DNA of 64,000 nucleotides, from positions 32,001 through 96,000 of the IMG/VR virus record IMGVR_UViG_3300021185_003853, one strand, 5' to 3'. Position numbers and translations under genes: made by a program. The DNA is from a virus. Positions 57,300 to 64,000 of this stretch are shown piece by piece. The first letter of the stretch is position 1, and each line of letters begins with the position of its first letter. The notes under the pieces are model-generated. The model was not told the DNA's origin. It saw only the letters and a list, made by a program, of their open reading frames with translations, and did no database searches.

Positions 57300-59158
57300 T
57301 GAGCACTATTAAATTAAGACGATCATCACTAACAGGCACACCTATTGTCGGTACGCTCGGCGAAGGCGAAATCGCATATTCTTTTTTAGCAAATAATGGG
57401 TCGAATGGCGGTGACATTTTATACATTGGTACAACTGATGATGCATCATCTTTATCTGTGCCGATAGGCGGTAAATATTTTACTGACCTGTTAGGAGCAT
57501 CGGCAGGAACATTGCCTGCAAGTAAAGCAATTATAACAGACGCAAACTCTCGTGTCAACGAAATAAAAATCGGTGACACCACAAACCATTTACAATTCAT
57601 TGCAACAACCGGTGAAACTGCCGCTCTAAATTTAACAATTAGCGCAGGTGGATTAAATTTCTCTGGCGGCAATCTTGTGTCGGATGGCACCGCAACAATT
57701 ACTGGTTTGCCCACTCCCACAAATGATTCTGATGTTGCAACAAAAGGATATGTCACAACTGTTGCATCAGGTCTTAATATCTCTGCCGGAGGACAATCAG
57801 GAACGGTTGATGGAGGTCAAACTTTCTCATTTGCTGGCGATCAGGGTGTAACAGCAATATTCGATGACGCTACTGATACTTTAACAATTGGATTGCAGCA
57901 AGTTCTGGACACAGATGCAGATGTTGCATTCGGATCAGTCACGGTTGGTGAAACATCGGATAGGATAAAAATTAGCAATGATACTGTCGAGCAAGTAGAA
58001 CCGCAAATCTACGTAGAATTTGACGGGTCAGACACTAGTGTTGTGGACTTAACAACAAATACGTTTACTGTTAACAATCATGGATTATCAGATAACGATG
58101 TTGTCACCTATACTCACGCTGGGACAGGTTCAGCATTTGATGCATTGACTCCAGGAACTTCTTACTATGTTGTGAACTCGGATATCAACACATTTAAATT
58201 ATCTGCTCAACTGGGCGGATCGATTCAAGATATTCATTCACAAGCAACTGGTGGCGGAACATCAGATGTAATAAAAACTGCTTCAAATCCTCTCAATTTA
58301 TTTGCGACAACTGATCAAATCACATTAGGTTCAAGTGTTAATAGTACAGTTGCAATTCAAGATAATCTAACAGTCGGCGGAAACGCAATAATCACTGGCG
58401 ACTTAACTGTAAACGGAACAAGCACCACTGTTAATTCAACGGTTGTTCAAGTTGATGATCCTATACTCGAACTTGGCACAAACTCAGTTGATTATGACGG
58501 ATTAGGTCGTGGCGTCAAGTTCAATTATAGCGAAAGTGGAAATAAAGTCGGTTTCTTCGGTTATGATGTTAAAAACGCTGCTGACGACACATCAGACGGT
58601 TCAGGTAAATTTAGATTTTTGACTGATGCAACAAATGTTGATGCTAATAATTTAGGTGGAACTGTAGGAACCATTATAGCAAATGTTGAGGGTGACGTTA
58701 CAGGTAATGCTGATACCGCAAGTGCATTTGATAGTGACAGATCTATAACAATAACAGGTGCCGTAGAAAGCGGTGCTGATGCCGGTTCGGGTTTTGTTTC
58801 AGGTGCTGTTACATGGGATGGTTCTGGCGCATTAACGATTGACACAAGATTAACATCATCAGTCGGTTCACTTTTAGGATCTTATGTTGAAAATGTGACG
58901 ATCCCGGGAACATACGATGGCTCATCTGTTTTCACTGCAGTAACTGGAGGTAGTGCGATTGTTGTTGATAGTATCAACAGTCAAACTTCAGGTAACAGAA
59001 TAAGTGTTGATGTTAATACGGCGACAACAAGAGCAAACGCAACAGGTATCACAAAAGCAGAATTAGGTGTTGCATCGTTTAGTGCTACATCATTCAGTGT
59101 TACTGATGGGTGGGTTGATCTGAATATCGTAGACGGCGGGTCATACGGCACTGGATAA
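57299..59158 (+). CDS. Fibre-like virion protein
   Basis: IKLRRS..LGEGEIAY N-terminus, PTNDSDVATKGYV, GDLTVNGT.TTVNST, DGGSY C-terminus. Confidence 0.75.
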   Translation: MSTIKLRRSSLTGTPIVGTLGEGEIAYSFLANNGSNGGDILYIGTTDDASSLSVPIGGKYFTDLLGASAGTLPASKAIITDANSRVNEIKIGDTTNHLQFIATTGETAALNLTISAGGLNFSGGNLVSDGTATITGLPTPTNDSDVATKGYVTTVASGLNISAGGQSGTVDGGQTFSFAGDQGVTAIFDDATDTLTIGLQQVLDTDADVAFGSVTVGETSDRIKISNDTVEQVEPQIYVEFDGSDTSVVDLTTNTFTVNNHGLSDNDVVTYTHAGTGSAFDALTPGTSYYVVNSDINTFKLSAQLGGSIQDIHSQATGGGTSDVIKTASNPLNLFATTDQITLGSSVNSTVAIQDNLTVGGNAIITGDLTVNGTSTTVNSTVVQVDDPILELGTNSVDYDGLGRGVKFNYSESGNKVGFFGYDVKNAADDTSDGSGKFRFLTDATNVDANNLGGTVGTIIANVEGDVTGNADTASAFDSDRSITITGAVESGADAGSGFVSGAVTWDGSGALTIDTRLTSSVGSLLGSYVENVTIPGTYDGSSVFTAVTGGSAIVVDSINSQTSGNRISVDVNTATTRANATGITKAELGVASFSATSFSVTDGWVDLNIVDGGSYGTG

Positions 59159-59188
59159 ATATAATTGTATTATACAAGGCGATCATAG

Positions 59189-62100
59189 ATGTCAACTATT
59201 AAATTAAAAAATAGCATTGTTCCAGGCGAACGGCCAGTTGTTGCTCCTTTAGACGATGAAACTAATGAGCTGATTCTCGGAGAAATTGCAATCAATACGC
59301 ATGACGGTAAAATGTTCATGCGTAAAGATCAAGACGGCACTATCTCTTTGCAAGAGGTAGGGCAGCGTGATATTGCTGAAAATGTTTTCTATGTTTCTAA
59401 AATAGGTGACGATTCGAATGATGGTAAAACTATCGGCACAGCATTTGCATCAATTGAACAAGCGTTATTGAGAGCAACACCTATAACAGTCACATTTGAT
59501 GTTCGTTCAGGTGCAACAATTGATATTGATGTTGCAACTAACACTATTCATTTGCCCGGTCATGTTTTTGACGATGGTGATGAAGTCATATATAGAGAAA
59601 ATCTAGGATCTTATTCTTCATTAACAAATGGACAACAATACTTCATAAGAAAGTATCCTAATCCATCAAACCTGGAAATTCTTCGAGAAAAGGTTCAACT
59701 GTATACAACTAGAAATGGCGCAATATCAGGACTATCTGCAGATTTAGTTACACTTGCAGTTTCAGGTTTAGGTAATGCGCATTCCTTAACACGAGACACA
59801 AAGCAAACCACAATCTTTGTTAAAAGTGGGACGTACACTTTAAATAATGTTGTTCGTGGCACTGCACCAATGGGTGGCATTGTTGTTCCTAAAAATGTTT
59901 CAATTGTAGGTGATAACTTAAGAACAACAAGAGTCAAAGGGTTACATGCAGGAAACGATCTTTTTTATGTTCAAAATGCGTCTTATATAACAAACCTAAC
60001 ATTTGAAGGTATGCAAAGAGATGCCTCGCAACCTCGAGATCCTGCTGCTGTTTCATTCCCACCTATTGCGTTACAAGAAGGCGGTGTTGCTAATCCGATT
60101 TCAACAAGTCCTTATATAGAAAATTGTACAGCGTTTAATACGACTGCAACAGGCATGTTGATTGACGGAAGTTTGACTACAGGATTAAGATCAATGGTAT
60201 CTGATTCGTTTACGCAAATCAATGCTGGCGGTACAGGTGTTCACATCGTTAATCGTGGGTATGCTCAACTTGTCTCCATCTTTACTGTTTCATGTGATCA
60301 CGCTGTATTATGTGAATCAGGCGGACAATGCTCATTAACAAACTCAAACGCATCGTTTGGTAATTTTGGATTAAAGGCAACTGGTGCATCTGAGTCATTG
60401 TATAGAGGTGTTATTAACGCTAACGCAGTTCCGTTTGCCGACTATCTTGAAATAACAACACCAACACCTCCTAAATACGGAGATGCATTCTTGGTCAATG
60501 ATGTTGATCGACAACTGATTTCAAAATGCTCTCGTGACACAGGATTAATTGTAGATGCGGTTGCTCAAGATTTAGTATTGCAAACCAATTTCAAATCTAT
60601 CTACGCAGGTATCGCATATCAACGTAAAAATGCATTAGCAGATGCACAAATGGTTGAAGATACAGCAAACGCATTGCTTGAAACAAAACGCCTTGTAGGA
60701 TTGTTAGAAAATGTCATTCCTGTAAAAACAACAAGTGATATAAGTTTTGATGTCATAACAGACATTATTAAGTTTGGTACGGTTATCGATAATGCGGGTC
60801 TAGGTACTGCGACAGAACCAGAATCAACATTAGTAAACGGAGCATCCTCAGTCGGAACTGTTCCTGCATTGACATTTGTTGATGTGCTGAATCGAGGTTC
60901 TGGTTTTGAAGATGCAAAAGACAGATTAAAAACCAACAGATCATTTTTGCAAGAAGAAATAACAGCATACATTGCTGTTAATCATCCAAGTTTGACGTAC
61001 AACACAAATAAATGCAAAAGAGATGTTGGGTATATAATCGATGCACTACAATATGATTTGATGTATGGCGGAAATTCTGCAACAACTACCGCTGCTGAAA
61101 GTTATTTTGTGGGTGCAACATCGCAACTTGGCGCAGGGCAAAAAACAGCAACTGTAGATGCTTATGGTCGATTAGCAGATGTCTGTCAGCAAGTAATTTT
61201 AGGGACAACTGTTACTAAGTCAACAGGCAATAATGATGTTCAAGATATTTCAGGTTCTTCGGGTAGTGCATCAGCAGGCACAGCTGCACACGATTTAGTT
61301 GAAATTATCAAAGGTGTTATTGATGACGGAGACCTTGAAGCGTTACCTACAACGGTTCTTCCTGCATTTCCTACCACAGGAACTAACGCAGACGCAAAAA
61401 TAGAAATAGATGGCAACAGACGTGCATTGAGAAATGCGACAACTGATTGGGTTATAATCAATACAGGATCAACTGATGATGGTAGCGGAAACGGTGATGG
61501 TAATGTATACTACACTGTTGAAGGAATACAATCATCTCTTGACTTCACAGGAACTGATTTCAATGGTAACAATTTACCCGTATTTAATTCAAGTGGCGTA
61601 CAAACAGGAACTGACACAATTCAAATAGCGAGTCATGGGTGGAAGCAAGGTCAACCTGTCAAATTCACAAAAGGGTTGACCGCCGGTCCTGGAGGATTGG
61701 TTGACGGTACAGTATATTTCATTAAGTATGTGACTGATGACAGTTTCAAACTTGCTACCGACTCAAATGATATAGATAATAGTATTCAGGTTCTATCGAC
61801 ACAAGGTACAGGTAATCACACACTGACGCCTAAGTTCTTTTATAACACAACAAAATGTCAAAGAGACGTAGGACTAATCCTTGATGCTGTTAAAGATGAT
61901 GTATTGTTAGGCACAAACTTTAACGCTGTGTATACCGGTATTGCATATCAACGTGCGAGCGCATATACTACAGTTACAAACTCAAATCAAAAGAATCCTA
62001 CAATCGCTTCAATGTTGGATACAAAACGTCTTGTTGGTCAATTGTCTGATATTTCATCGGATCCAGATGTCCTCGCAAGAGCGAATCATGCGTTTGATGA

Positions 62101-63127
62101 AATTATACACATCTTCGAAGACGGAACTGTAAGTGTTTCAGAACCCGGAGACGGTGTTGCAGATGCATTATTCTTACCTAACACGTTAAATGCAAGTGCT
62201 GCTATTGTCACATCAAAAGACGAATTGATTGCAAATAGATTAGCGTTACAGGATTTTGTGATAAATGAAGTTACAACAAACCATTCTGGTATCTTAACTA
62301 GTCCTAATTACAATGAAACAAAGTGTAGGAGAGATGTTGGGTACATAGTTGATGCATTGTGTTATGATTTACTATACAACACAAATTCAGCGACATTGCG
62401 AGTCGCAGAAAGTTATTATATTATTAATGATGCAGGACAAACAGTTGCACAGTTAGGAAATGACCCAGCAACTGTCGATGCAACTGAAGCAGTATACACT
62501 GCATTAAAAAATGAACTTGCAAACGTGATAACTGATTCAGGAGCAACAGCAACTGCTCAGGCGCTGATGGATCAAATTATTGGGTACATAGATTCTTCTG
62601 CATTTGAATTAGATGAACTAACTGAATTATCGACAACAGGTGTTGTTGTTAAATTCATCGCAGGTCAGACGGCGATAACAGATAACAGATCACAAATTCA
62701 AGCAACATCAGGACAAGGAATCGATGTATATCGTGTTACGCCACTTGAAGATGTGCGTGATGCATTTGTTTCAGGCCATGGCGTAAACTTCAGAAAACGA
62801 AGTTTGATCGCCGCTAGTTCGATGACATTCGAGTATGTCGGAACAGGCATTGAGATACAAGGTCTAACAGACGCAGGTGCAAATACGGATGATTTATATA
62901 ACAGACCTCGAACAAATGACTTCCCGAAAACGGAAAATGAAGTTATATTTGACGAGGACACAAACTTAGGTGCTGTTTATTTCACATCCACAGATCATAA
63001 AGGTGATTTTAGAATCGGATCTGAAATGCGCATAAATAGAACTGCGGGTAGAATCGAAGGAAATACTTTCGACAGATCATTATTCTCAGTTATGACACCA
63101 TACATATTAGCAATCGAAGGCAATTAA
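59189..63127 (+). CDS. Virion protein with beta-helix region and four phycobiliprotein-like KCxRD repeats
   Basis: LGEIAINTHDGK, YVSKIGDDSNDG, SIVGDNLR, SPYIENCT, FTQIN.GG.G, FTSTDHKGDFRIG. KCxRD cysteines at residues 447, 609, 890 and 1046. Confidence 0.78.
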   Translation: MSTIKLKNSIVPGERPVVAPLDDETNELILGEIAINTHDGKMFMRKDQDGTISLQEVGQRDIAENVFYVSKIGDDSNDGKTIGTAFASIEQALLRATPITVTFDVRSGATIDIDVATNTIHLPGHVFDDGDEVIYRENLGSYSSLTNGQQYFIRKYPNPSNLEILREKVQLYTTRNGAISGLSADLVTLAVSGLGNAHSLTRDTKQTTIFVKSGTYTLNNVVRGTAPMGGIVVPKNVSIVGDNLRTTRVKGLHAGNDLFYVQNASYITNLTFEGMQRDASQPRDPAAVSFPPIALQEGGVANPISTSPYIENCTAFNTTATGMLIDGSLTTGLRSMVSDSFTQINAGGTGVHIVNRGYAQLVSIFTVSCDHAVLCESGGQCSLTNSNASFGNFGLKATGASESLYRGVINANAVPFADYLEITTPTPPKYGDAFLVNDVDRQLISKCSRDTGLIVDAVAQDLVLQTNFKSIYAGIAYQRKNALADAQMVEDTANALLETKRLVGLLENVIPVKTTSDISFDVITDIIKFGTVIDNAGLGTATEPESTLVNGASSVGTVPALTFVDVLNRGSGFEDAKDRLKTNRSFLQEEITAYIAVNHPSLTYNTNKCKRDVGYIIDALQYDLMYGGNSATTTAAESYFVGATSQLGAGQKTATVDAYGRLADVCQQVILGTTVTKSTGNNDVQDISGSSGSASAGTAAHDLVEIIKGVIDDGDLEALPTTVLPAFPTTGTNADAKIEIDGNRRALRNATTDWVIINTGSTDDGSGNGDGNVYYTVEGIQSSLDFTGTDFNGNNLPVFNSSGVQTGTDTIQIASHGWKQGQPVKFTKGLTAGPGGLVDGTVYFIKYVTDDSFKLATDSNDIDNSIQVLSTQGTGNHTLTPKFFYNTTKCQRDVGLILDAVKDDVLLGTNFNAVYTGIAYQRASAYTTVTNSNQKNPTIASMLDTKRLVGQLSDISSDPDVLARANHAFDEIIHIFEDGTVSVSEPGDGVADALFLPNTLNASAAIVTSKDELIANRLALQDFVINEVTTNHSGILTSPNYNETKCRRDVGYIVDALCYDLLYNTNSATLRVAESYYIINDAGQTVAQLGNDPATVDATEAVYTALKNELANVITDSGATATAQALMDQIIGYIDSSAFELDELTELSTTGVVVKFIAGQTAITDNRSQIQATSGQGIDVYRVTPLEDVRDAFVSGHGVNFRKRSLIAASSMTFEYVGTGIEIQGLTDAGANTDDLYNRPRTNDFPKTENEVIFDEDTNLGAVYFTSTDHKGDFRIGSEMRINRTAGRIEGNTFDRSLFSVMTPYILAIEGN

Positions 63128-63128
63128 A

Positions 63129-63473
63129 ATGGCACAATTAAATACGTTTAAGTCAGTACAACATAAATTCAAATTATCTTCAGCGGGAGATTCTGATAAA
63201 TTAGTTTACAAAGCACCGTTCGGATATACAGCAATTGTTCTGAATGCACAATGTGCAAATATTGGTGCGGCAGATAGAACTGTCACATTTAAACTGAAAA
63301 AAGGAACAACAGAATCTATATTGGTTGATGAATTGGTTATCCCGCCAAACGATGCTGCTAACTTAGCAACAGGTAAATTAGTTCTACAAACAGGTGATGA
63401 ATTAATCGGGTTTGCTAGCGATGCAAATGATTTAGATTTAACATTAAGTTTCTTGGAAACATTAGATGCGTAG
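63129..63473 (+). CDS. Small beta-sandwich virion protein
   Basis: VYKAP.GYTAIVL..QCAN, IPPNDA, GKLVLQTGD, LSFLE. Confidence 0.72.
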   Translation: MAQLNTFKSVQHKFKLSSAGDSDKLVYKAPFGYTAIVLNAQCANIGAADRTVTFKLKKGTTESILVDELVIPPNDAANLATGKLVLQTGDELIGFASDANDLDLTLSFLETLDA

Positions 63474-64000
63474 ATTTGCGAGTAATTATCTTTCAGGTCG
63501 TGTAAAAACCACGCCACGAAGCGAAGTTACTGCTGATCGATATGACTATTTAGGTCTAGATCAAGCAGAACCTAATTTCGGTTTACCAATTTCGCCCAAT
63601 AATGGGGCAAATTGCTTCCTTATGTCAACCGGTGGAACCGGCGATAGATTTTTCGTGGGATTGGGCACCGATCTTGCTTTAGAAGATGCAGGTAACAATC
63701 AATTCAAAATAGGTATTAGTGGAGAAGCAACATCAACGATTACACAAACATCTATAAACGCATCTTCATTGCAATTAACAAGTAATGTAGGTGCAACAAC
63801 AGATCGCCCGATACAAATCACAAGCACACAGGACATTACTGAAACTGAAGTCACTTCGGGTAATTTTGTTGCAGGCGAAACATATAGAATAACTGTTTAT
63901 GGTAGTGATGGCGACACAAACTGGGACGCAATAGATGAAACTAGCCAAGCAAATAAATCATATCAAGTCGGCACATTGTTTAAGGCAGGCGCAGGACAGG
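63466..64000 (+). CDS. Virion protein, 5' part (runs off the window)
   Basis: Open from ATG 63466: MRRFASNYLSGRVK...DRYDYLGLDQAEPNFGLP...GNFVAGETYRI. Confidence 0.75.
   Translation, partial: MRRFASNYLSGRVKTTPRSEVTADRYDYLGLDQAEPNFGLPISPNNGANCFLMSTGGTGDRFFVGLGTDLALEDAGNNQFKIGISGEATSTITQTSINASSLQLTSNVGATTDRPIQITSTQDITETEVTSGNFVAGETYRITVYGSDGDTNWDAIDETSQANKSYQVGTLFKAGAGQ

Noticed and set aside
1-64000. tRNA, rRNA, CRISPR arrays, introns or inteins
   Set aside because: None recognised by eye; intergenic gaps are short and the core genes look uninterrupted.

Overview
64 kb of a marine T4-like myovirus genome, apparently not a cyanophage (the host is my inference). From left to right it holds: (1) an accessory block with the 3' end of a curlin-like gene, a CHASE2 adenylate cyclase, and a translationally coupled SleB hydrolase-hemO-pcyX operon for phycoerythrobilin synthesis; (2) T4 core genes dsbA, 33, 59 and 32; (3) a minus-strand tail/head block with a tape-measure-like gene, 51, 26, 54, 2, a nuclease and 4; (4) baseplate genes 48, 53, 27-like, 5, 25, 6, 7-like, 8 and a VrlC/DUF4815-like gene; (5) about 32 kb of large, mosaic, late-expressed virion/fibre genes. 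The main finding is that two late structural proteins carry six helical repeats with K-C-x-R-D. These match the bilin-attachment region of phycobiliproteins (alpha-84 Cys) and lie in the same window as an intact heme-to-PEB pathway, which suggests a phage-encoded bilin-decorated virion. Other findings include a five-level nested domain architecture with a type-1 copper site, a candidate -1 frameshift fusing gp26 to gp51, a candidate structured late RNA, and paired operator-like sites. All family assignments come from motif recognition by eye; no searches were run.
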